Part shown: positions 50,233-63,030 of the stretch, in pieces | How positions within the stretch are numbered: the first letter of the stretch is position 1 | How the letters are laid out: the number at the start of each line of letters is the position of its first letter | Assembly: GCA_964276515.1 (NCBI GenBank) | Contig: OZ193910.1 | Location: 1,426,001 to 1,490,000 of the forward strand | Reading direction: 5' to 3' | DNA length: 64,000 nt | Origin: Gordius albopunctatus | Taxonomy: Eukaryota | Made by a program: the position numbers and the translations under genes | Notes under the pieces: generated by a model | The model's input: only the letters and a program-made list of their open reading frames with translations | Told to the model about the DNA's origin: nothing | Database searches by the model: none

Positions 50233-50395
50233 TGTGGTGTCTTTGCACCCGCTTAATTATTTTTATTTATCTATGTTTGCACCTGTTTAATTATTTTTCC
50301 AGTAATATGCGTAAATTGTAATAAATCATTTTAATTTTGTTATTACCATTTTATCTTATCGATTTTGTTACCCTGCGTTACGGATTATTACGTTA

Positions 50396-53300
50396 CTGAA
50401 TTTAATCCAGAAATTCATTCAATTGAAGATTATCTGTACAATTTAGATGCCATCCTAGACATAAAAGGAATTAAATCTAGTCCAATAGTTAAAAAGAAGA
50501 TAGTTTTGGCATACATAGGATTGCCAATAATCAAGGAACTGAGGGAAATTTTATATCCCATGACTTTAAATGATGCAAAATGGGAAAATTTTGAAAAGGC
50601 CTTATATCAAAGATATCAACCAATGAAAACTATTTTTGCTCATAGGTTAGATTTGATGAACTTAAGCAGATTGCCTGGTGAAAGTATTTTAGAATTGTCC
50701 AAAAGAATTAGAATATGCTTAAGTAAATGTGCATACAAGCATGACTTTGATGAAAGAGCCCGAGATCATTTTATCTTTGCCCTTAAATTTAAACAACTAG
50801 AGATGGAACTTAAGACAAAATATCCTGACTGATACTCTAGATGAGGAAGGCAAGCCCCTTACGTTTGAAAGAATAATAAATATGGCTTTATGTATGGGGA
50901 GAGCTGAAGTAGAGACAAATGGTGATTCTGAGGAAAGACTTTTTAAACTAAAATATGACACTAAGAAACAGTTGAATGATCACAACAAGAATGATAACAA
51001 AATATTATTCAAATGTTCAAGGTGTCTAAAACAACATGCAAAATTTCGTTGTCCAGCCTTTACAGCAACATGCTTCAGATGTCAAAAGAAAGGCCATTTC
51101 GCTATAGCTTGTCGTAGTGCATTAAATCAAATGACTCTCGAAAATGATAATGATGATTCTGGTGATTCTATCAAGCGTGTATGTCAATTATCTAAACGAG
51201 CCACAATAGAGGTTAAATCAAATGGTCAAAATTTCATAATGGAATATGACACGGGGGCTCAGATTAGTCTTATCAACCTTAAAATGTGGAAACAAATAGG
51301 CAGACCCGGATTGACCAAATGTATGTCTCCCAAAGCTTATGGTAACCAGTCAGTAGAAACGTTGGGCAAAACATTATTAAATGTCCAGATGGGGAAAATT
51401 AATCATAATTTGACAGCTGTGGTTACAAAGACAGATGATGTCCTCTTGTTTGGATTACCATGGATTATAAAATTCGGATTAAATATTCCAAAAGAAGTAA
51501 AAATTCAGAAAGTTAAATATGATAATAATTCATTAATATCTTTTGACAAAGAATTTCTGTTATTATTTGATAAAAGTCCAGCATCAGTTAAGAATATATC
51601 GGTTAAAATTCAATTAAGAGATGATGCTAGACCCATTGCCTTACCGGCTAGAAGGGTCCCGTTTCCACTAAGAAAACCAATTGAATTTGAAATAAATAGG
51701 TTACTACAAATGGGTGTAATTGAAAAAGTGGATCCATGTGAAACACATGTTATATGGAGTACCCCAACCGTCAATGTCCGCAAAAGTAATGGAGATATCA
51801 GGATATGTGCAGATTTCAAAGTTACCTTAAACAAATTCATTCTTAATGATTTTCAAATAATTCCAACTTTTGAGGAGATCATGGAAAAGATTGAAGGAGG
51901 TTCAATATACACAAAAATCGATATGTGAGATGCTTATTTACAGCTCCCTGTGCACATTGATTCCCAAAAATTACTAGTCATTGCGACACATGTGGGGCTA
52001 TTTAAATATAAAACAATGCCATTTGGGTTGTCATGCGCCCCACTAATTTTTCAAAGCTTTATGGAAGAAGTTCTAAAAGACTGTGAAAACACTGGGGTTT
52101 ACATGGATGACATCATAATAAGTGGAAAAGGCTATGACGACCATGTTAAAAATGTGAGAAAAGTTCTAAACAAACTGCAATCTGCAGGGATGAAAGCTCG
52201 TCTTTCTAAAGTTGAGTTTTGTAAAACCACTATATCGTTTTTGGGGCACATAATTGATAAAAATGGAATTCGTCCATCGGGAGATAAAGTCCTTGCAATC
52301 AAAATGTGTCCAACACCTCGAAACATCCATGAACTGAGATGTTTTTTAGGACTTGTGAACTACCATGAAAAATTTATTCCCCACTTACATAGCATCTTAG
52401 CGCCATTACATCAATTGACTGGTACGAGAACCAAGTGGGATTGGACAGTAGAGACACAAAAACTTTTGAGAAAGTAAAATGATTGCTCTCCGATCAATCG
52501 ACATTAATTCCGTATTCAAAATCTCTTCCAATAATTTTAGAATGTGATGCGTCTGAAAATGGTTTTGGAGCTGTTTTATATCACACAGTGAACTCGGGTA
52601 AAAGGCCAATAGCATACGCTTCAAGAACTTTAATTGATGGTGAAAAGCATTATGCCCCAATTGATAGAGAAGCAAGAGCCCTACTGTATGGTGTTGAAAA
52701 GTTCCATATGTATTTGTATGGGAGAAAATTTGTGTTAAGAACTGACCATAAGCCACTTGAAAGATTGTTTGGCGAGTCAAGAGACTTGCCAAAAATAAGC
52801 AATAATCGACTTATTAGATGGGCCTGGAAGATGTCGGCATATGATTACACCATTGAGTATATTCCGGGTAAAGAAAACAAAATTGCTGATGCACTTTCAC
52901 GACTACCAGTTACTGCCAATGAGTTAGAAATCAAAGAGTGTAGAAGTTATTCCATTAGTCATATTCGTATACTGAATCTCAATGACATGCAATTAGACAG
53001 GGACATTTTAATGAAAGAATCTCAAAAAGACAAAGTTTTAAAGAAAGTAAAAACATTTGTAAATAAAGGTTGGCCGTTGAACAAAAATATGATACCTATA
53101 GAACTAAGTTTTTATTATAAAAAAAGAAATGAGATAGAAGAAGATAAAGGCATCATTTACGCCAACGGATTACTTGTCATTCCAACTTATTTTTAAAACT
53201 CATCCACAAGGGCCACCCAGGAATTAGTTCAATGAAATCGATTGCACGACTTTATGTTACCTGGCCTCAGTTAGATAAGGATATTGAAACCTACGTACAG

Positions 53301-54403
53301 AAGTGCATCGGATGTCAAAAATATAGATGCAACAAGCCCGAAGTTCCACTGTATTCGTGGAATGTAACAGAACAGCCTTGGGAACGTATACATATAGACT
53401 ACGCGGGTCCCATAAATGGATATTTTTGGTGCATAGCTGTTGATTCATATTCAAAATGGGTCGAAGTGCAGCTACAAAATAGCTCCACCACTACAACGAC
53501 CATTAAAACCATGCGCAAATGGTTTGCAAGATGGGGAGTTCGAAAACAGATCGTTACAGACAACAGTCCTCAGTTTCGAAATTATGAAATGGAACAATTT
53601 TGCAAATCTTTAAATATAAAACACATCAGATCTACGCCATATCATCCAAAAACAAATGGATTGGTGGAAAGAGCTATTAGAACTATAAAGAGCAGATATA
53701 AAGCATGCAGGGAATATACCAAAGATCCCGAGTCATGTATGCTTGACGTGTTGATGGGGTATAGAATCAGTGAACACTCATCAACTGGGAGAACACCGTC
53801 GAAAGTGATGATGGGGAGAAACCTAAAAACTTCACTCGATTGGATACAACCAACAGTCGGCAATTACATAGAACAAAAGACAGAGAAAAGTGAAAACAGG
53901 CAAAGGGACAAAGCTGCTACCAGAGAGTTTATTCCAGGTCAGGCTGTATGGGTAAAAAATGAGATCAAAAAAGGATGGCGGCTGGGGAAAGTCCTTAAGC
54001 GAAATGGACCTTATTCCTACGTGGTCGATACGATGAATAGAACCGTGAAAAAGCATAGTGACCAGCTAAGGAAACGATACCAGCCAACCAAGAAGGTTAG
54101 AGAAGAGAGCGATGACAAAATAAATTGCGATGACGAAGGCGTTGAAGATATCGTTACAGAAAGCACCGGGCCTAGAAGGTCAAATCGAGAAATACATCCT
54201 CCTAAGCGGCCTATTCAAGAAATTTAGTTCTAACTTAAATTAGCGAAGGGAAATGTAATAAATGATTATACAATGTTATTACCGAAACATATTTATATAA
54301 AACAACATGTCATTAACACGTGACAATGTAATGAATTGCGCATTATTATGATCTTATGTTATATTTGAATAAACTATAAATTGGAACTTCAAACTTTGTT
54401 TTA
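50396..54403 (+). mobile_element. Degenerate, 5'-truncated Ty3/Gypsy retrotransposon (element B) with conventional gag-pol
   Basis: gag (to 50832, then 50882 onward with two CCHC knuckles), YDTGA protease, ICADFK and YMDD RT, CDAS and TDHKPL RNase H, integrase 53232-54227. In-frame stop at 51926-51928 and several frameshifts. PPT at 54243-54253, then 3' LTR from TG at 54254. No 5' LTR seen. Confidence 0.92.
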
Positions 54404-54530
54404 ATCATTATTGAATTCTTTTCGTATCGATAATTATAGTCTAATTTAACGCGAAAAAACATTGGCCTCCCTTTTTTGGGGAGGACCTAACAGCAAGAGT
54501 TCTAAATAAATAAAATTTTAAAATTGGAGA

Positions 54531-55412
54531 CGTTTGCCAGTTGGTATTGAATTTTTTAATCGTAATTTACGTTTTCCGCCTGATTTTTTGCTAGATAGCA
54601 AATTTAAACATCAATCAGGCAAGACTAAATATAATATTAACGATTTTGTGTGGTCGAAAAATTATTTAGGTCAACCTAGATGGGAACTATCTAAAGTTGT
54701 TGATCACGTAGGTAATAAAATTTAGCCTAATGTTTATTTTTTTGCATTGTAGATGGACGTCATTACTTCATGGTGTATTGTCCGAATTGTCGTAGAGAGA
54801 TTGGCCGGAGTGCGTCCTCCGTGCCCTCTCCATATTTCATTTGTTATCGGGATGGACGTCATCCCAAGAATAACGTTTTTTGCAGAGCTTCCTGTGAATG
54901 GGGGTCAGGGGATGCCCCAGGGTGCTAATGGTCGTGTGTATCGGCAGGCACCTATGCGTCTTAACAGAGGAAGTGGTGGTCGACGGCACCCACGAGGTGT
55001 TAATCGTTTGCGGTGTGAAATATGTCAGCGATGGCATCGTTTACCGATGTGTCCGTCGTCGATTGTTAACAATAATTTAAATACCTTGCCTGTTGGAGGG
55101 CAAGTAATCATGCCTGTTGGAGGGCAGGTGGTTACACCCCAGGTACAAACCAGTGGGTTGGCAACAACTATCATTGGTAGTGCTTTGGTCACCCCGTTAG
55201 CTGCTATGACTTTGGCAGGTGATCTGCAAAGGCAGTGATCAGCTATTAAAAAGGGGAGGTGTGGCATATGTCGATATTAAATTATATGCCGAATTAAGTT
55301 ATTTTTATCTTGGTTAAACGTTATAAGCCCTCTGACAAAATAAAATTAAATGCTAGTAATAAAATCCTCCACTAAAATTATAATGTGTTATGGAAATCCG
55401 TTTTTTTTATAA
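54531..55412 (+). mobile_element. 3' remnant of a second ORF3-bearing Gypsy (element C): integrase tail, ORF3, PPT, LTR
   Basis: 54534-54725 (FFNRNLR...DFVWSKNYLGQPRW...VGNK) aligns with the element A tail (FLNRIPR...EAVWARGYGGSEKW...VGSK). PPT AAAAAGGGGAGG at 55248-55259, then TGTGG at 55260. Right boundary approximate. Confidence 0.8.
54753..55238 (+). CDS. Element C ORF3 (161 aa), homolog of element A ORF3
   Basis: MDVITSWCIVRIVV...LHISFVIGMDVIP vs MDIIASWCRVQVVV...LHVSFVVGADGVP; CEICQRWHRLPMC vs CHGCHRRHRGLRC. Confidence 0.8.
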   Translation: MDVITSWCIVRIVVERLAGVRPPCPLHISFVIGMDVIPRITFFAELPVNGGQGMPQGANGRVYRQAPMRLNRGSGGRRHPRGVNRLRCEICQRWHRLPMCPSSIVNNNLNTLPVGGQVIMPVGGQVVTPQVQTSGLATTIIGSALVTPLAAMTLAGDLQRQ

Positions 55413-56476
55413 CTCTCCAATTTTAGAATTTTATTTATTAAGAACTCTTGCTGTTAGTTCCTCCCCAAAAAAAGGGAGGCCAATGTTTTTCGCGTTAAAT
55501 TAGACTATAATTATCGATACGAAAAGAATTCAATAATGATAAACCATAACGTAATAATCCGTAACGCAGGGTAACAAAATCGATAATGATAATGGTAACA
55601 TAATCGATAAGATAAAATGGTAATAACAAAATTAGAATGATTCATTACAATTTACGCATATTAATGGAAAAATAATTAAACAGATGCCAACATAGATAAG
55701 TAAAAATAATTAAGCGGGTGCAAAGACACCACATGTGTATATCTCGTAATGAAGCTTCTAATGACATCCACGCACCATTAATCAATCTTCTGGTATGAGC
55801 GATATCAAGATACAGAAAGATTTTGGAAGAGACCCAATATGTTATATATGTTAACCTGATGTCATAAATACGCAAGATATTATGGAATAAATATGTATAT
55901 CATCATGAATCGCTAGATGGACAAAATAATAACAAACTTTTCGATGATTTGAATATATAAAAAACATCATAGCTTATGCATTTCATATATATTTTAAATA
56001 TGCTATTAAAAATATATATAAACACGCATGCTTAGTTAAAATACGTGCTTTAATGTATTTTATTTATCATATAACTATTACCTATGTAGTTTGGTTATAT
56101 GAAAGCCATAACTTAGTTTATTATATAATTGTATACAAAATAGTAACTAAATACATTTTAATCCAATTCTACACTTAGTGATTGATTTGTTAATATGTAT
56201 TTATTTATAAAATATTATTATACATTTTGATATAACTTAATTTGTTTTAATTAACAATTATAGCATCCTTTTATTAAGTAGTTTAATTACATATTATAAT
56301 TTCACCATTTTATAAATTTTAGTTTTATTGTCTACTTTGGGATGCTTATTAGATAATGCCTATCTTAGATTTTGCACCAGATTCCCTCGGACGCCTATAC
56401 CCGAACCTATTTAATCGCTTTTACAAATTTTAAACCACAGAAAATCAAAGATTCAAAAATTATATTTTTATTTATA

Positions 56477-57808
56477 ATGATGGAATATGATGTTTTAATA
56501 GGAACCTTAGGAAGTAGCATAGACGAAAATTGTTGGAGCGATCCATCGACTAATAAAATCGGTGGTTTTCCAGTATTATTATATTCTTTTTTTGACTTTA
56601 AAAATAAAGATTTTAGGATTGGCTAAATGGCAATTATAAAGTTGCCTGCACAAATTGTGGCCGTGTTCTAACCTTAGTTTGCCAATTGAGTTGCCCAATT
56701 GATAAAAAATTTAAAAGAACCTTATATCTGCTTACTTGTATCAACATAAAATGTGCAAAGAAAAATGAGTGGGTTATACTGCGTGGCATGTGCTTAAAAA
56801 ATAATTTTATTGAAGAAAAAAAGCTCTCAATAGATGAATTAGATGATGATTGGGGAATGTCAAACATTGAAGAATTCCATGAACCTTTACCAAATTATGA
56901 ATCTGTTTTAAACACTCTATCATTTGATACAAATTTACACTTAGAAAACAAAGAAGAGATTGAAGAACAATTGTGGAATAACATGATGAAAAAGCATAAT
57001 TTAAATAATAGTTTAACAAAAAACAATATATTTCTACCTCATAATGCAAAAATAGCTTTTAAATCATATTATATTGAAAGTAGTTTTGAGGAAGAGTACC
57101 AATGTATTACATCAGATAAAATACACTATAATGAAGATGCCATCATAAGGTATTTTATATTTGCTAACCTTATTTTTATGGCTCCCACATATATCTAAAA
57201 ACAAAATTAATTTTTGTTGCCTATATCTTGTCTAGCTTGTCTATGCCTTCGACACTCCCAGAAAATTATGAAAAATGTGTGCCACCTCACAAAGATATCC
57301 AATTTCATAAATTTTACGAAAGAATTCAAATTTGTCCACAGCAATGTCTTAGGTATTATAATCTTAAAATTTTATAGTAATTAGTTTATTGAGTTGTTCA
57401 TGGTCTAATAATTTTTTTAATTCTATTAAGATATTATCGTGGAGGTAAACCATTAATTGTCCAAGATATTACTTTTTCAATTCCATCCTGTGATTGTGGT
57501 TCCCCAAGAATATTTGAATGTCAATTGATGCCTCAAATCTTAACATATCTTCTACTAGATGGTCCTAGTTCAGGTTTCCTATAAACAAACATTTAGATAG
57601 CCTAAAATAATATTTTTTAGAAAAAATGTTATATTATTTAACATAGCAGATAAAATTGTGCACTTTTTCTATTATTTTAAAATATTTTTTAGCTTTGCAC
57701 CCACTAGACTTTTTTTCTATCCTCATTTACACATGCTCCTCAAATTGTTGGGATAACGATAGAGACACCTACAAAGCAGAATATGCCATTGTTTTACCTA
57801 GCGTGTAA
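56477..57808 (+). CDS. PDCD2L: Programmed cell death protein 2-like (PDCD2L/TSR4 family, ribosomal protein uS5 chaperone), about 334 aa, 5 exons
   Basis: Exons 56477-56572, 56617-57149, 57236-57352, 57431-57573, 57693-57808, all GT-AG and in phase (1005 nt). Motifs NKIGGFPDW, CTNCG...LVCQLSCP...RTLYLLTC; PDCD2_C motifs RIQICPQQCLRYYRGGKPL, CDCGSPRIFECQLMP, ILIYTCSSNCW. Confidence 0.88.
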
Positions 57809-58017
57809 AATAATTCTATAACCACTAGTCAACTTCAAACCTTTGCAATTGTCAATTTCATCATCATTCTTTTAGACTCTTTTTAAATGTTATATATGCA
57901 AATTATACCTTATAATAATCAATATGCTATTTTTATCATTGAAAATATACCATATATGGTAGAAAATGGAGTTTATGTTTTAAACTCCATTCCTCAAATA
58001 ACGATTTGGATACATCC

Positions 58018-59297
58018 TAGGGATGGCACAATGGGAATTTTCCCGGGGAAAAATCATTTTTCCCCAGGGAAAATTCCCCTAAAAAATATTTTTTTAAATC
58101 AAATATGTATGATCTAATTTAAGCTATATATTATTTTAATTTACTTTAATTTCATATTTACCTCGTGGTAACCAATATTTTAAATATTTCCTAATTTATA
58201 ATTTGAAAATTTGCTTAAATACTATTAACATCTATTTGTTAACTTAAAAGATTTTGCAATCTACACTAAAGTTAATTATCTCAATAATCAGTTAAAACAA
58301 TATACCCTTAAAGTTACATTAACAATTAGTTCTCTAGTGTCAAATTCTTTCCATATAAGGTAAATTTACCATGCTTGTAAATTTAATTCAATGTTTAGCA
58401 AAATCATTTAAATTTTATATTGCCATTTTACTCTAAATCTGAAAATATTATATACCAACTTAATAGTAAGTATAAGTAATATTTAAAAAATATATCAACT
58501 TGTTATTTAACATTAGAGAATTTGCAATCTACACTGAAATAATTATTTCAATAATCCTATATAAGCTTTTAAGTTATATTAACAGGTAAATTTACATATG
58601 CTTGTAAATTTAAAATATTTAGTAAAATCATTTAAATTTTATATTCCCATTCAACTAAATTAAAATTTCTACATTTTATTTAAACTGAATTTACACACAA
58701 TTCTGGTAAAAATAATCTGTAATCCTTTGAAAACAATAAATATAAAAATTTGATATTATTAAACTTATTTTTTCGACTAACAGTTAGTTTTTTTTTGACT
58801 AATAGATGCCAAGAAAAAATTCTGACATTTGGAAACATTTATCATCAAATAAGAAAGGTTGTATTGCTGTTTGCAATTATTGCAATTTAAAATATACATT
58901 TCCAAACTCACCAAAATGACAAATCATATAGCTAAGTGACCAGATTTTATAAAGGAAAAGAATTAAATTTTCTTAATGCCCCCCCTCTCCACAATCATAA
59001 ATTTGTGAGGTAATGCTTGAAAAATGCCCTATACAACATAGTTACCTTGATAGCATGACCCAAACTCAGCAAGAGAAATTAGATGAAAAATTAGCATAGG
59101 CTATTTAATGATTTTCTTATATTTGCTTCTTTATATTGTTTGACTAATAAATTTTATTAATCTTAATCATACTCATCAACATTTTTTATACTAATTTACC
59201 TGTCTTGCTCGTTATTTCCCCTTAATTTCTTGTTTTTTCCCATTATCTCCCCTGAATTTTCCTTTAAGCAAATTTCCCGGGAAAATATCCATCCCTA
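58018..59297 (+). mobile_element. Non-autonomous hAT derivative
   Basis: TIR TAGGGATGG / CCATCCCTA with TTCCCGGG subterminal motifs; 8-bp TSD ATACATCC/GTACATCC; decayed BED-finger-like sequence near 58806-58930. Confidence 0.75.
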
Positions 59298-59373
59298 GTA
59301 CATCCAATAAAATTTTTGTATGCATGAATTAGAAATTCGGATCATATGAAATATTTAAGAGGATTTATTCATT

Positions 59374-59536
59374 TAGGTGCCCTATCAACTCGCCAAAAAT
59401 CATCTCGCCTAATTTAATGTCCCCCGGTTAAAAAAGGTCCCCTAATTTAAAATCGTTCCCCATTCAACCAATCACACAATGGGGGACCTTTTTTTAACCG
59501 AGGGACATTAAATTTGGCAAGTTGATGGGTCACCTA
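59374..59536. mobile_element. MITE / foldback element
   Basis: TAGGTGCCCTATCAACTCGCCAAA...TTTAATGTCCCCCGGTTAAAAAAGGTCCCC mirrored by GGGGACCTTTTTTTAACCGAGGGACATTAAATTTGGCAAGTTGATGGGTCACCTA. Confidence 0.75.
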
Positions 59537-59931
59537 TCATTTAAACATCCCACATTATGGGCAAGCATTTGTTTAGACATGCAAATGAACCGTTAAAGAA
59601 TATTTTACATCATAAATTATTAGCATCTAGCCAATATATTTAAGCCGTTCCAAACTATTTATATGTTTGAGCTTGTAATATCAGCAAAAGTAATTCAAAT
59701 TATCATTTTGACATGGGACATATGGGCAAAAGATTTTTTAGAGTCTGAAATCAAAACGAAAGATCATTTACTATTGTCATGTAACCAATATAGTAAAGAC
59801 ATTCCAAAATATTTAGTGAGATGATATAATTTTCCTTAAATATACAATTAAGTCTAATAAATAATATAAGATGGTCTATCAGCGCGAAATATTAACATAT
59901 CTTCAACCTTGTGATTAAAAATTTATATTTA

Positions 59932-62610
59932 TTATTGTAAATCAATTTCATCATATAACGAGGCATCGTGACCTTGTAAGTGCATATAATTAGAGATGGC
60001 ATCAACATATGGAAATAGGGGCATAGTGTTAGCTACATTTGTATATTGAGCTATAAGACGATTTATATTATAATTTATAGAAGTGTATTTTTTATTTGTT
60101 TCATACACTCTCTTGCCCTGAGAGATGTGTAGTAAATCAACATTAGTTTTTTCTTGTAGGTCTTGCAGGAAATCAACAAACACATAAATAGTAGGTTGGG
60201 TTTGTTTAAGCCCACTTCTAAGAGCATTATGATGGTACGGGGCCCTTATGCATCAAGCCATTGCCAGATATCATAGGGAAACAAAGGGTCCCTCTCAAGC
60301 CCAACCCAGGTATTGTGGATGTACAAAAAAAATTCTCAATTTCTCTATCGCCGCGCACATTGGGCTGGACCATGCAATGGGCCATGACATCGCGGATTTG
60401 CCCTCTCTTTGCAAATGGTAATGCTAAAAGACGACGAACGCTGCGCTTGAAATCAGCGTTTGATGAATAAAGAGTCTTCATTTTGCCAGACCCAGCGTGT
60501 CAATAGATCTCCAGGTCAAGATGAAACAAGCAACCTAAAAATTATATAAACAAAACATTAAACTTTACCCTTTATAATAATATTAGAGAAACAGGCTTCC
60601 AAGGCCCCGATGCTTGCCTGTTCAAAATCAACCTCTGCATAGGTTGGGGCGAAAACTAGCTGCAAGGTAGCACAAAATTGAATAAGTTTCCTGAACACTT
60701 TCTTATAAGTATCTTCGGTTTTATCAGACAGAAATGTGTATACTACCAGAACCATGTACTCCTGGTAATAAGAATGAATTGTATAAACCTAAAACAACGT
60801 TACGGATATATTATAAAAATGTAAATACTTGAGTAAAATGTTGGGGGCAACATTCTTTTCCATATTTTTACGCAAAGTTCCGTTGTTTGACGGCAAAAAC
60901 TCGGGAGCATTGACTAAAAACTGTGATATAATTTACATTAAAAGAATATTACTTTGGTTATTTGTCTGGATTATTTGGAAAGCATCCAATAATATTTGAG
61001 CCTCTTCAAGAGAACCTTATATGTATACATTAAATCCTTGATGTAAAAAATTAAATTTCAGATAATATTTTAATAAAGATTACTGGGTGAAGGTGTATAT
61101 AAGCTTGAAGTAGTCCTAATAGTTTGAGGATTTATTGAATTTGCTCGTACACGATTTATAAAACCTAAAATAGTTCATCTAACAACTAAACTATTTACTT
61201 ACAAGAAATATTTTCCATGTTAAGTGTTTCCAGTGGCGACTTAAAAACAACTAGTGATGTAGGTGCTTCAATTGGATTGACTTGCATATAAGTTTCATTT
61301 ATATTTATTTTAGGATAGGCTAAATACACCATAAGAAAAAAATTATTATAAATATACTTTTGTGAGGAATATCTGAGTGTTCTTGAGTTATATGGAAATC
61401 AGCATTTTGATATATGCCTCGTCCTTGGCATTTCTTTGTTTGGCACTTAAAATAAAGTTGAGATTTTTTCCCAACTTTAGCTTGGGTATATTCATATTCC
61501 TAGTGCTGTAAACATTTGTAAAAAAATCGAACGCGTTCACGTTCGTCTAAAAAGAAAAGGAACGCGTTCACGTTCGTTCAAAATTTTATGATACATTTTT
61601 TTAAAGTTTAATTTAATATAAATAAATGTCTTATATTTTTTAATACAATAAATAGCCATGATAAATAATATTTTATTTCGACAATATAATTATAAATCAA
61701 TATAATCTATTTTCTTATTTAATTTTAATAATAATTGTTTTTCAAAATTGTCTTCTGATAAGCAGGAACGCTTGGCAGTTAATACAGCATTAGCTATACT
61801 AAAAACCTGCTCCACAGGGGCAGATGAGGGGATTGGAGTATTATACTTAATAAACAAATTTTTTAAAGGAGGAAATTTATTAAAAACTTTTAATGTTTTG
61901 TCCCTCGCTTAAAAAAATTGCGACAAGATATCATCCTCCAATGCGCCCTCTACTTCCTCGCCAAAAAATGATATCTCGGAATTGACAGCTCTTTCATTAT
62001 CAATTCTAGGGATTTCAATCACTTTTTTCAATAACACTAAAAGTTTATTCTTTATAGGTTCATTTTAATTATTAAATTTGATCTTTTATATGAAACGAGT
62101 GAAAAATATTTTTCATATTTTGGCCATGGCAATTTCAATTCATCTGCTGATCTTGAATATTCAGAATCTGAAGATGACGACGATATAATATTATGATTGA
62201 TTAAGCTATAATTAATAATATCAAACTAATTGACTTTAATCTTATCTTCTTTTGCACGTTATAGTATGTTAAAAGTATTTCGGAATTGGTAAAAGGAAAC
62301 AGGAAAAACAGCTGATTAAAAAATATAATACTTTTTTGTTAAAAATTCGAATTGACATTAATTTTAAAATAAATAAAAACAAAAAAAGATTTTTAAAATT
62401 GAACGCGTTCATCAAAAAAGGAACGCGTTCACGTTCAAAGTTCACCAAAAAATAAAAGAACGCCGTTCATGAACGCGTTCATAAAATTTGAACGCGTTCA
62501 CTTACAGCACTACATATTCCCCTAAGACTAAAATTGGGTTTTTATTTTGAGTTAATTTAAATTCGATGGGCATATCAAATATAACAGTGGGAATAGGAGC
62601 TGTGGTTTGT
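59932..62610 (-). mobile_element. Second degenerate intron-containing MULE transposase
   Basis: FLYWCH-like N-terminus (TQNKNPILVLGEYEY...FKCQTKKCQGRG) split by a hAT insertion; VYTIHS...FLSDKTEDTY...EVDFEQASIGALEACFSNIIIKG|CLFHL; RRLLALPF. Frameshifts present. Confidence 0.8.
61501..62512 (-). mobile_element. Internally deleted hAT transposon inserted in the MULE
   Basis: TIR TAGTGCTGTAA / TTACAGCACTA; perfect 8-bp TSD CATATTCC; GAACGCGTTC subterminal repeats; dimerisation motif KYNTPIPSSAPVEQVFS. Confidence 0.9.
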
Positions 62611-62805
62611 GCTATATATATAAAAATATAATAAATCAAATTAAATATTAATAAATGCATACTTTTAATGTAGTTAAAAATATTGTAAGTAATTTTTAGC
62701 TGCTGCATATATTTATAACACAGATTTTATAATTATGGCTTATATTCATGAGTGATTCTCTTAACTACTTTCATACATTATTTTACATACTATTTATTTT
62801 TAAAT

Positions 62806-63030
62806 TTAGCTTATTTTACTTAAACTACTTGGCACTTTATCGAAAGCTTTCTCAAGATCGATGAAACACATATGAATATTATTTTGTTTTTCCTTATATA
62901 ATTCCATAAGTTTTCTAAGACCATGTATTGCATCTGAAGTCGACTTTCCAGGCATGAACTCAAATTTTCGTTCATCTATTGATATTATTTTTCGGTGTCT
63001 AGCTTCTATAACCTTTTCCCACACCTTTAT
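62806..63030 (-). mobile_element. RTE-like LINE reverse transcriptase fragment
   Basis: FMPGKSTSDAIHGLR...HMCFIDLEKAFDKVP. Confidence 0.8.

Larger units (their letters stand above)
50233..55733. repeat. ~320-bp inverted repeat pair: intact copy at ~55414-55733 (-); split copy at 50233-50395 plus ~54404-54530 (+)
   Basis: The reverse complement of 55547-55733 matches 50233-50395, and that of ~55414-55540 matches ~54404-54530. Confidence 0.85.
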
